DNA from: Prevotella sp.
GTDB lineage: Bacteria > Bacteroidota > Bacteroidia > Bacteroidales > Dysgonomonadaceae
Direction of reading: 5' to 3'
NCBI GenBank assembly: GCA_031285625.1
Contig: JAITVV010000093.1
Coordinates: forward strand, 125,232 to 189,231
Length of the DNA: 64,000 nucleotides
Part shown: piece by piece, positions 41,918-50,900 of the stretch
How the letters are laid out: each line of letters starts with the position of its first letter
How positions within the stretch are numbered: the first letter of the stretch is position 1
Notes under the pieces: model-generated
Told to the model about the DNA's origin: nothing
The model's input: only the letters and a program-made list of their open reading frames with translations
The model's database searches: none
Made by a program: the position numbers and the translations under genes

Positions 41918-42905
41918 ACAATCATTTAGTACGAGATGGATTGAATATTGTAGAAAACAAAATATACCATACAAGATTGTAAACTGTTATGAGTCTGATA
42001 TAATTGAGCAACTCTCGGATTGCTATTTTTTAATGTGGCATTTTCACCACCTCGATTATCGTGATGCAATTTTTGCAAAACAGCTTATTTTTGCTATTGA
42101 ACAAAAAGGTATAAAGGTCTTTCCTAATTTTCAGACTTGCTGGCATTTCGATGATAAAGTAGGGCAAAAATATTTACTTGAATCGATCGCAGCTCCTATG
42201 GTAAAATCACATATATTTTACTCTAAAAAAGAAGCCTTGAAATGGATAAATAATACATCTTTTCCAAAAGTATTTAAACTAAGAGGAGGTGCAGGAGCTT
42301 CTAATGTAAGGCTAGTGAATAATAAGGCTGGTGCTATAAAAGTTATAAAAAAAGCTTTTGGCAAAGGATTTAGTCAATATAATGGGTGGGGAAGTTTTAG
42401 TAATAAAGTTAGATTATATAAAATGAATAAAGTCACACGACTAGATCTTATTAAATCTTTTATCAGAATATTCTTTTCTACAAATTTTGCCCGAATGCAT
42501 GGAAGGGAGAAAGGATATGTTTATTTTCAGGATTATATACCCAACAACAATTTTGATATAAGAATTATTGCAATCAATGGTAATTTTTTTGGAATTAAAA
42601 GAATGGTAAGAGAAAATGATTTTAGAGCATCTGGAAGTGGTACCATTATTTATAGTAAAGATGAAATTGATATTAGATGTATAAAAATAGCAAAAGATGT
42701 CAGCCAAAAATTAAATACTCAAAGTATTGCTTTTGATTTTATATTTAATGAGAAAAATGAACCATTGATAATAGAAATAAGTTATGGCTTTTCTTATGCT
42801 GCATACGATCTATGTGAAGGTTTTTGGGATAATGATTTAAATTGGCATGGGGACAAATTTAGTCCACAAGAATGGATGGTTGAAGCTTTAATACGCACTA
42901 AATGA
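41892..42905 (+). CDS. RimK-like ATP-grasp amide ligase
   Basis: FDDK, FPKVFKLRGGAGASNV, FQDYIP, DIRI, DFRASGSG, AFDF, IIEIS. Confidence 0.85.
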   Translation: MKIAIHHNKQSFSTRWIEYCRKQNIPYKIVNCYESDIIEQLSDCYFLMWHFHHLDYRDAIFAKQLIFAIEQKGIKVFPNFQTCWHFDDKVGQKYLLESIAAPMVKSHIFYSKKEALKWINNTSFPKVFKLRGGAGASNVRLVNNKAGAIKVIKKAFGKGFSQYNGWGSFSNKVRLYKMNKVTRLDLIKSFIRIFFSTNFARMHGREKGYVYFQDYIPNNNFDIRIIAINGNFFGIKRMVRENDFRASGSGTIIYSKDEIDIRCIKIAKDVSQKLNTQSIAFDFIFNEKNEPLIIEISYGFSYAAYDLCEGFWDNDLNWHGDKFSPQEWMVEALIRTK

Positions 42906-44092
42906 GAAAAGAACTAGAAAACAAATTTCATAACACAATCTTTTTCTTGGTTAGTCCTATTTTAACGCTACCAATGACTTTGTATGGGATTTTTAAGAAG
43001 TCTCAATTTAGTTTATTTTTATTTGCATTAACCATAGGCTTTCTAAGTTATTTATATATTCCGTATATATCAAATGACAAGGCATCTCATTACTTCAAAT
43101 TCATTGAGTTGAGTAATATGTCATGGAACCAAATTGCAATTTATCTAACTGATAAACCTGATTTCTTATTTTCAATTTATTTGGCATTAATGGCCAAGAT
43201 TGGGTTTTCCTTTCAGATCTCGGCTGCCCTCATTAGTGTCATGTCTGTGAGTATAATATTTTTTATTTTCGATAAATTGACAAGAAAGCAAAATAAATTT
43301 TATTTTCTTTCTTTTGTTTTAGTTCTTCTCTCAATAAGTCTCCTTGCTTTATTTTCTGGGATACGTTATTATTTTGCATGTACAATTGTTTTTCTTGCTT
43401 TCTACTATCTATTTTTTGAAGGGAAAAAAACTAAAGGATTGGGATTACTATTGCTTGCTGCCTTTACTCATTTTAGCACATTACTATTTATACCTGTCGC
43501 ATTTCTAGCCATTATATTAAAGAATAAACCTGATTGGGCAAAAATATTATTTTTGATATCATTCCTATTTTTATTAATACCTCGATCTGATGTATTAATA
43601 CATATTTCTAATTTGGGGCTTTTTGATAATGCGATAGATTCAAAATTAAATGCATATCTAGGTGAATCTGATTTCGTTACTCGCGGTATGGAAAATTCAA
43701 CAAGTGCAGTAATTATATATTGGGGATCTAATCTATGGTTATATATTTCATACCTTTATTTACTTATTACATGGAAAAATAACTCAATATTGAGAACCAT
43801 CCTTTACTGTATGATATTCTTTGTCAATATATTTTATCAAGCTCCTACAGTTTTTCAAAGATATTCACTACTTATTCAATTCTTCTTTGGCTTATTAATC
43901 ATTATTGAACTGATAAAGTCTGATAAAAAGAGAATATATTATATATTTTTAGCCCTATTCTCAATTAGATTCATCTTTCAATTAATTATCATAAGAGATA
44001 TAATATCTGCAAGCTATTTTAATTCAGACTCTCTTTTACTTATTACAGGATTATTTAGAGAAATAACAGATATAAACTTTTTACGCAACTAG
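42902..44092 (+). CDS. wzy: Wzy/EpsG-family polysaccharide polymerase
   Basis: Multi-TM; D...Y, SGIRYYFA, AAFTHFS, R-Y motif near C-terminus. Confidence 0.8.
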   Translation: MRKELENKFHNTIFFLVSPILTLPMTLYGIFKKSQFSLFLFALTIGFLSYLYIPYISNDKASHYFKFIELSNMSWNQIAIYLTDKPDFLFSIYLALMAKIGFSFQISAALISVMSVSIIFFIFDKLTRKQNKFYFLSFVLVLLSISLLALFSGIRYYFACTIVFLAFYYLFFEGKKTKGLGLLLLAAFTHFSTLLFIPVAFLAIILKNKPDWAKILFLISFLFLLIPRSDVLIHISNLGLFDNAIDSKLNAYLGESDFVTRGMENSTSAVIIYWGSNLWLYISYLYLLITWKNNSILRTILYCMIFFVNIFYQAPTVFQRYSLLIQFFFGLLIIIELIKSDKKRIYYIFLALFSIRFIFQLIIIRDIISASYFNSDSLLLITGLFREITDINFLRN

Positions 44093-44095
44093 AAA

Positions 44096-45181
44096 ATGAA
44101 AAAAGTTATTTTTTTCGTTACAGGTTTAAATAGTGGTGGAATAGAAAATTATCTTCTACGTTTTTTACAATATAAAGCTACATTTTTTTCAGAGATAGTA
44201 ATATACTGTAAGGGGGGTATGGAAGGTCAATTAGATGAAGATTTTCTGATAATACCCAATGTGAAAATCTTAAGAAATGAGATTAGTTTTTTTAATCCTT
44301 TCCATTATATTAAGTTAAAATCATATCTTGAAAAGCAAAAATTTGATGCAATGTGTGATTTTACGGGAAACTTTGCAGGGTTAATACTGCTATGTGGAAA
44401 GAAAGCTGGAATTAATAAAAGAATTGTATTTTATAGAAGTTCATCTGATCGTTTTTCTAAAACTTTATTTAAAACAAAGTATAATAATTTCGTAAAAAAA
44501 CTGACCTACGAAAATGCAACCAATATTTTATCCAATTCTCGAGCTGCTTTTGATTTTTTTTACAAAAAAAATCAACATGATAAAAGATTTCAAGTTATTT
44601 ACAATGGTATTGATGCTGCTAATTTCAACGTAGGAAATCATAATCTGAGACAAGCATTTAATATTCCCGAGAATGCTTTTGTAATTGGGCATACGGGTAG
44701 ATTTAACCCTGCTAAAAATCATGATGTGATCCTAATGGTTGCTGTAAGATTATTATCAAAATATCCTGATATTTATTTTATATTATGTGGAAATGGAGTT
44801 AGAAATGGTTTGGAGAATAAAATAAAAGAATTAGATATAGATGATAAAACCAGATTATTTGAGAACCGAAATGATATTCCTTTGTTTTTAAATACTATGG
44901 ATATATATTTTTTTCCATCCATTACAGAAGGGCAGCCGAACGCTTTGATTGAAGCTATGATAATGGGAATACCCTTTGTAGCTTCGGATATACCACCAAT
45001 TAAAGAGACAGTAGAGGATTACCCTAATTTATACAATCCTCTTGATATTGAAGGATTCACAGATGCACTAGAATCTTTATATTTAAACGGAGTTCAAAAA
45101 GATATAAATCTACAAAAAAAAGCAATCAGCAGGTTTAATTATAAAGAGCGATTTGATGAATTTTATAATAATTTTTTATAA
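44096..45181 (+). CDS. GT4 glycosyltransferase
   Basis: GGIE, IYNGID, GRF..AKNH, PSITEGQPNALIEAM. Confidence 0.9.
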   Translation: MKKVIFFVTGLNSGGIENYLLRFLQYKATFFSEIVIYCKGGMEGQLDEDFLIIPNVKILRNEISFFNPFHYIKLKSYLEKQKFDAMCDFTGNFAGLILLCGKKAGINKRIVFYRSSSDRFSKTLFKTKYNNFVKKLTYENATNILSNSRAAFDFFYKKNQHDKRFQVIYNGIDAANFNVGNHNLRQAFNIPENAFVIGHTGRFNPAKNHDVILMVAVRLLSKYPDIYFILCGNGVRNGLENKIKELDIDDKTRLFENRNDIPLFLNTMDIYFFPSITEGQPNALIEAMIMGIPFVASDIPPIKETVEDYPNLYNPLDIEGFTDALESLYLNGVQKDINLQKKAISRFNYKERFDEFYNNFL

Positions 45182-45207
45182 GTAAATGAAACAAGTAGAA
45201 ATATTTA

Positions 45208-46377
45208 ATGAGGAAATTATTAGTAATAAGTGAACCAAATATAATTTTAGGAAATGGATGTACGCGTAATAATGCTTTGAACAATATTATGCAGGCATAT
45301 TGCAACTATTTTGACGAAGTTCATTATCTAGGCCCGACAGATGATTCCAATATAGATACTTTTTTATCCAATAATATTTATTATCACCCGATTAGAGGGT
45401 ACTCGAAAGATATATATACAAGATTCAAATTTTATTTATTTACATTTTTATATAAAAAAGAAATCAATAAAATAATTGATAATATCAAGCCTGATCTTAT
45501 TCAAGTAAGAGTGCCCTCTTTTTTCTCTAGTGCAATTTATAAAGTAGTAAAGGAAAAAGGAATACCTATAACTTCATATATTGCAGGTGAATGGGATGAG
45601 GCTTTAAAGCTAAATTATAAAGATATCCCTTTCATTAATTTTATCGCAAAAAGATTATTTAATAGTCAAAAGCAGATTGTTTCTAATACAATACCAGTCT
45701 GTACTGGAGATTTGTTAAAAGAACGCTTTGCAAAATGTGATAAAGATTGTTATGCATTTTATTCGACAACACATAATACTATAAACAAAAGGACAAAATT
45801 TAGTCATCCTGCATATAGGATACTGAGTGTAGGTAGGTTAGAGAAACTAAAGAGAAATGAAGATGCAATATATGCATTATCTTATTTATTAAAAGATTCA
45901 GACAAATATGGACTAACATTTATTGGAGATGGAATTGAAAAAGAAAATTTGGTAGAATTAGTAAAAAGTCTTAATTTGGAGAATTATATTCATTTCTTAG
46001 GGCATGTATCGAATAAAAAAGAACTTACTCAAATTTTTGAAACTAATGATATTCTTTTACATACCTCATTAAGTGAAGGAACAACTAAAGTATTACCTGA
46101 AGCGATGTCTTATGGATTACTACCTATAGCTGTAAAAAATGTGGGAAGTAATAATTATATATTAGCCTCAAATAATGGATATTTAATAGAAGCTGAAAAT
46201 CCAGAATCAATTGCTGAATGTATAAAAAGATATAATAATTTAGAATCTGAAATAGCTGCTAAAATAATCGATAACTGCTACAAATATGCAGAAGAGCATA
46301 CTTTAACTAAAGAATTAGATAAGATGTGGGGGTGGGTCTTTAATAAAATAAAAAATGAAAATTGCCATAAATTGTAG
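45208..46377 (+). CDS. GT4 glycosyltransferase
   Basis: VGRLEKLK, IGDG, SEGTTKVLPEAM. Confidence 0.88.
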   Translation: MRKLLVISEPNIILGNGCTRNNALNNIMQAYCNYFDEVHYLGPTDDSNIDTFLSNNIYYHPIRGYSKDIYTRFKFYLFTFLYKKEINKIIDNIKPDLIQVRVPSFFSSAIYKVVKEKGIPITSYIAGEWDEALKLNYKDIPFINFIAKRLFNSQKQIVSNTIPVCTGDLLKERFAKCDKDCYAFYSTTHNTINKRTKFSHPAYRILSVGRLEKLKRNEDAIYALSYLLKDSDKYGLTFIGDGIEKENLVELVKSLNLENYIHFLGHVSNKKELTQIFETNDILLHTSLSEGTTKVLPEAMSYGLLPIAVKNVGSNNYILASNNGYLIEAENPESIAECIKRYNNLESEIAAKIIDNCYKYAEEHTLTKELDKMWGWVFNKIKNENCHKL

Positions 46378-47461
46378 TTTCTTTATGCCAAAAGGTGGTG
46401 GTATAAAAGAATATATATTCAATCTAGTAAATAACCTAGCATTACTGGATAATGTCAATGAATATATATTATATGTAGCAGCAGATCAATATGATTATGC
46501 GAAAAATAATCTTCCCAACAAAATGAAAATTAAGAAAACTCCTTTTAAATCTTCAGAGTCTTTTAAAAGAAGTCTTTTTGAAAAGAAGTTTTATTTGGAA
46601 GAGGAAAAATATGAGAATTTTGATATTTTTCACTCCCCCTTCTTTCATATTCCACCATTAAAGAGGGCTAAGAAAATTATTACAGTTCATGATCTAAGAT
46701 TATATAGATACCCTAAAACATATTCATTTTTCAGATATTATTTTCTAAAATATGCTGTAAATAAGTCAATTAAATCAGCAGATCATATAATTACAATTTC
46801 GGAATTCACAAAGAACGAAATACTATCTTTCTTTAATATATCACCTGATAAAATAACTCCAGTCCATGAAGCAATTAATACTTCTTTTTTTAGTGAAGAT
46901 ATAATAATGGATTATTTCCCGACTAACGATGAATTAAAAAATTCTCCTTTTTTATTATCTGTCGGACATTTAGAACCTAGGAAGAACTATAATAAATTAA
47001 TTTTAGCTTTTAACAAGTTTAAAAATCAATTTCCGGAAAATCCTTTAAAACTTGTTATTGTTGGACAAAAAAGTTTGGGATATGAAACAACTCTTAAGCT
47101 AATAGATGAATCTAAAGATATTTTATATTTAGATTTTGTCGAACATAAACTATTAGTATGGCTTTACAAAAATGCAAAATTATTTATATTTCCATCATAT
47201 TATGAAGGATTTGGTTTTCCTCCATTAGAAGCAGCAGTATTAAATACAGTATCGGTTGTAAGTAATAAGTCTTCTATTCCGGAAATCTGTGGGGATTCGT
47301 CTTTTTATTTCAATCCCAATGATACAGACTCCATCTGGGAGACAATCATAACTTCTTTGGAACAAGTAGAACAGAAAAGAGTTTTACTCAAAGAAAATTT
47401 AAGTAGATTCTCTTGGGTTAAAAATGCACAATCAACATTAGATATTTATAACAATATATGA
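46355..47461 (+). CDS. GT4 glycosyltransferase (MtfB-like)
   Basis: GGI..Y, TVHDL, TISEFTK, VGHLEPRKN, PSYYEGFGFPPLEA. Confidence 0.9.
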   Translation: MKIAINCSFFMPKGGGIKEYIFNLVNNLALLDNVNEYILYVAADQYDYAKNNLPNKMKIKKTPFKSSESFKRSLFEKKFYLEEEKYENFDIFHSPFFHIPPLKRAKKIITVHDLRLYRYPKTYSFFRYYFLKYAVNKSIKSADHIITISEFTKNEILSFFNISPDKITPVHEAINTSFFSEDIIMDYFPTNDELKNSPFLLSVGHLEPRKNYNKLILAFNKFKNQFPENPLKLVIVGQKSLGYETTLKLIDESKDILYLDFVEHKLLVWLYKNAKLFIFPSYYEGFGFPPLEAAVLNTVSVVSNKSSIPEICGDSSFYFNPNDTDSIWETIITSLEQVEQKRVLLKENLSRFSWVKNAQSTLDIYNNI

Positions 47462-48585
47462 CTCAAAAACTCTTCATAATCGTAAATATAGACTGGTTTT
47501 TTCTATCCCACAGGCTTCCCATAGCCCTGGTAGCAAAAGATAATGGCTATGATGTAACAATTGTAGCTAAGGATACTGGAAGAAAAGAAGAGATTGAACA
47601 ACATGGCCTAAAATTTATAAATATACCTTTTGATCGTTCTGGTTCAAACCCATTATATGAATTGAAATGTATTTTTTTACTAAGAAAAATATATAAAAAA
47701 AGTAAGCCGGACATCATTCATCACGTAACACTTAAAGCAAGTTTGTTAGGTAGTATTGCAGCTAAACTTTCAAGAAAAAGGAATGTTATTAATGCTATAA
47801 GTGGATTTGGATATAATTTCACTAACGAAAGAGAAGGCATTAAACAAAAAATTATTAAACATATGATGAAATTAGCTTTTAAAAGCAAATATTTTCATTA
47901 TATATTCCAAAATCCAGATGATGTAGAAGATTTTTCGAAACTTAATTTTGTTCCTGATAATCACATTCATTTAATAAAAGGATCAGGTGTTGACTTGAAT
48001 AAATTCATATACCAGAAAGAGGTGATAAAAGAAAAAGTTCGGATTATTCTGCCAGCAAGAATGCTATATGATAAGGGAATTATCGAATTTATTAAAGCAG
48101 CCAAGATCCTAAAAAAAGAAATGTTCACTAAAGCTGAGTTTATACTGATAGGAGACTGTGACACACAGAATCTGGCAGGTATAAATGAACAGGTTTTAGA
48201 AAAACAAATGGATTTACCATATTTGAAATGGACAGGTTTCGAAAAAAATATTTTTTCCGCATTAAAGAATGCAGATATTGTTGTTCTACCCTCCTATAGG
48301 GAAGGGCTTCCCAAATCTTTAATAGAAGCTTGTGCTGTTGGACGGCCGATAGTCACTACTGATACTCAAGGATGTCGTGAATGTGTAAAGGAAAACTACA
48401 ATGGTTTTTTAGTTCCTGTAAAAGATTATAAGATTCTATCTCAAAAGATAGAAATGCTTATTAATGATGCTCAGATGAGAGAAAAAATGGGTGAAAACTC
48501 TAGAAATCTAGCAGAGAAGGAATTTTCTATTAAAAGTGTGGTGCAGAAGCATCTAAAAATATATACCGAAATAGTAAAGCAATGA
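47458..48585 (+). CDS. GT4 glycosyltransferase (CapM/PglA-like)
   Basis: WFFLSHR, FQN.DD, GSGVD, ARM..DKG, PSYREGLPKSLIEA. Confidence 0.9.
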   Translation: MTQKLFIIVNIDWFFLSHRLPIALVAKDNGYDVTIVAKDTGRKEEIEQHGLKFINIPFDRSGSNPLYELKCIFLLRKIYKKSKPDIIHHVTLKASLLGSIAAKLSRKRNVINAISGFGYNFTNEREGIKQKIIKHMMKLAFKSKYFHYIFQNPDDVEDFSKLNFVPDNHIHLIKGSGVDLNKFIYQKEVIKEKVRIILPARMLYDKGIIEFIKAAKILKKEMFTKAEFILIGDCDTQNLAGINEQVLEKQMDLPYLKWTGFEKNIFSALKNADIVVLPSYREGLPKSLIEACAVGRPIVTTDTQGCRECVKENYNGFLVPVKDYKILSQKIEMLINDAQMREKMGENSRNLAEKEFSIKSVVQKHLKIYTEIVKQ

Positions 48586-49520
48586 AGATTATACTCATTA
48601 CTGGTGCGTATGGCTTTGTAGGAACAAATTTAGCTAATTATTTAAAAGCTAATTATACATTATGGGCCTTAGATATTCAACAAAAAGAAGAAGATTTATA
48701 TTCTAAATATTTTTCATGGGATAATTTTAGCACTATTCCATTTAATGAAATTAATACAATTATACATCTTGCAGGGAAAGCCCATGATGTAAAAGGTAAT
48801 AGCAATGCTTCTATATACTTCGAGATAAATACAGGATTAACCCAAAAGGTATTTGATGCTTTCCTCCAGTCAAACTGTGAAAAATTTATATTTTTTAGTT
48901 CTGTGAAAGCAGCAGCAGATTTTGTAGATGGACACATCTTGAATGAAGATATTACTCCTAATCCTGTAGGTCCATATGGAGAGAGTAAAATAAAAGCTGA
49001 AGAATATATTCAATCAAAAGAATGGAATAATAAGAATGTATATATTTTTAGACCATGTATGATTCATGGTCCGGGAAACAAAGGAAATCTAAATTTATTA
49101 TATAACTTTATCGAGAAAGGAATACCCTATCCTCTTGGAAGTTTTGATAATAAAAGATCATTTACATCTATTGAAAACTTGTGTTATATAATTGATTTAG
49201 TTATCAAAAGAGAAATTGAATCTGGAATCTATAATATAGCAGATGATACACCTCTATCAACCAATAGGTTGATAGAGCTTATTTGTAAAGGATTAGAAAA
49301 AAAAACAAGAATATGGAAAATGCAAAAGGGATTAATCAATTTAGTAGCTAAAATAGGAAATGTCTTACATTTACCACTAAATACAACACGATTAGATAAA
49401 CTTACAGAAAATTATGTTGTCGATAATAATAAAATAAAGAAGGCATTAAAAATCCAATTTTTACCTATTTCTTCAGAAGATGGGATACTAAAAACTATAA
49501 TATCGTTTAAGAATAAATAA
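48582..49520 (+). CDS. SDR epimerase/4-reductase (WbpV-like)
   Basis: GAYGFVG, HLAGKAH, SSVKA, YGESK, GPGNKGN. Confidence 0.82.
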   Translation: MKIILITGAYGFVGTNLANYLKANYTLWALDIQQKEEDLYSKYFSWDNFSTIPFNEINTIIHLAGKAHDVKGNSNASIYFEINTGLTQKVFDAFLQSNCEKFIFFSSVKAAADFVDGHILNEDITPNPVGPYGESKIKAEEYIQSKEWNNKNVYIFRPCMIHGPGNKGNLNLLYNFIEKGIPYPLGSFDNKRSFTSIENLCYIIDLVIKREIESGIYNIADDTPLSTNRLIELICKGLEKKTRIWKMQKGLINLVAKIGNVLHLPLNTTRLDKLTENYVVDNNKIKKALKIQFLPISSEDGILKTIISFKNK

Positions 49521-49527
49521 ACTAACA

Positions 49528-50484
49528 ATGATTTATATACTAATCACAATATTACTAATATTTGCTATTTTAATCTATTTTAAGATGGCAGATAAATATA
49601 ATATTATAGATAAACCAAATGAAAGAAGTTCTCATAAAGAAGTAACAATAAGAGGGGGAGGCATAATTATATGGCTAGCTGCCTTATTTTATTTCATACT
49701 AAATTTTAATTCAAGCTTTTATTTTTTTATAGGTATTACTCTGGTTAGTTGTATAAGTTTTTATGATGATATTAAGAGTTTACCAGGTAGTTTTCGTGCA
49801 CTTACGCAATTCATTGCTGTAATATTGATTTTTTATGGTTTGGATATTTTTTCTCTTTTTCCGTGGTGGATTATTACTCTATCTATAGTAATATCAATTG
49901 GAATTATCAATGCATATAACTTCATGGATGGTATAAATGGAATTACAGGATTGTATTCTATAGTTGTTTTTAGTTCTTTATTATATGCAAATAATTATAT
50001 AAATTCTTTTATTAATAATGATTTTTTTATATTTCCAATAATTGCATGCATTATTTTTCTATTCTTTAATTTCAGGAAAAGAGCTAAGTGTTTTGCGGGA
50101 GATATAGGAAGTGTTTCCATTGCTTTTTGGATAATATATTCATTGGCAAAATTAATTATCGAAACAAATAGTATCATCTGGATATTATTTTTAGCAGTAT
50201 ATGGTGTGGATTCTATTTGTACAATTATACACAGACTATATCTAAGACAAAATATATTTGAACCTCACAGAATGCACTTTTATCAAATATTAAGTAATGA
50301 GTATAAAATAGATCACCGTTTGGTTTCAATCGGATACGCTATTTTACAAATTTTCATTTCTGCAATAGTGTTGGCGACATATGATAAAAATTTCAAATAT
50401 TTTATATTTGTAGGAATTATATTTTCTTTAGTATTAGTATATTCGTCTAAATTTATTTTATTAAAAAAATGGAACCACACATAA
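49528..50484 (+). CDS. WecA/WbpL-like undecaprenyl-phosphate HexNAc-1-P transferase (MraY family)
   Basis: DKPNERSSH, RGGG, YDD, NAYNFMDGINGI, FAGDIGS, HR.H.YQ. Confidence 0.9.
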   Translation: MIYILITILLIFAILIYFKMADKYNIIDKPNERSSHKEVTIRGGGIIIWLAALFYFILNFNSSFYFFIGITLVSCISFYDDIKSLPGSFRALTQFIAVILIFYGLDIFSLFPWWIITLSIVISIGIINAYNFMDGINGITGLYSIVVFSSLLYANNYINSFINNDFFIFPIIACIIFLFFNFRKRAKCFAGDIGSVSIAFWIIYSLAKLIIETNSIIWILFLAVYGVDSICTIIHRLYLRQNIFEPHRMHFYQILSNEYKIDHRLVSIGYAILQIFISAIVLATYDKNFKYFIFVGIIFSLVLVYSSKFILLKKWNHT

Positions 50485-50891
50485 TAAAAGGAAATATATA
50501 TAATGATGTTAGAGGCTCAGTCTCCTTTGTTAATGATTTCAATTTTAAAAATATTGTTCGATTTTATATTATAGAAAATTCAATAGAACATGAATTGAGG
50601 GCATGGCAAGGCCATAAGCTTGATACAAAATATTTTTACTGTATATCAGGATCATTTCAAGTATCATATATACAAATTGATAATTGGGATAAACCGTCAT
50701 CGAATTTAATTATTCAACATGAAATTTTAAAAAAGGATGATAGTAAAATTTTATGTATTCCACCTGGTTATGCAAATGCTTTAAGATCTCTAGAATCAGG
50801 ATCAAGATTATTATCATTTTCCACTCTTCCCTTAAATGAAGTAAAAGATGATGATGTGAGATATGATAAAAATACATGGTCAGTTCAATAA
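50469..50891 (+). CDS. WxcM/FdtA/RmlC-like cupin (nucleotide-sugar isomerase/epimerase)
   Basis: D.RG, RFY.I, RAWQGH, IPPGYAN cupin motifs. Confidence 0.75.
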   Translation: MEPHIIKGNIYNDVRGSVSFVNDFNFKNIVRFYIIENSIEHELRAWQGHKLDTKYFYCISGSFQVSYIQIDNWDKPSSNLIIQHEILKKDDSKILCIPPGYANALRSLESGSRLLSFSTLPLNEVKDDDVRYDKNTWSVQ

Positions 50892-50900
50892 TAGAATCTC

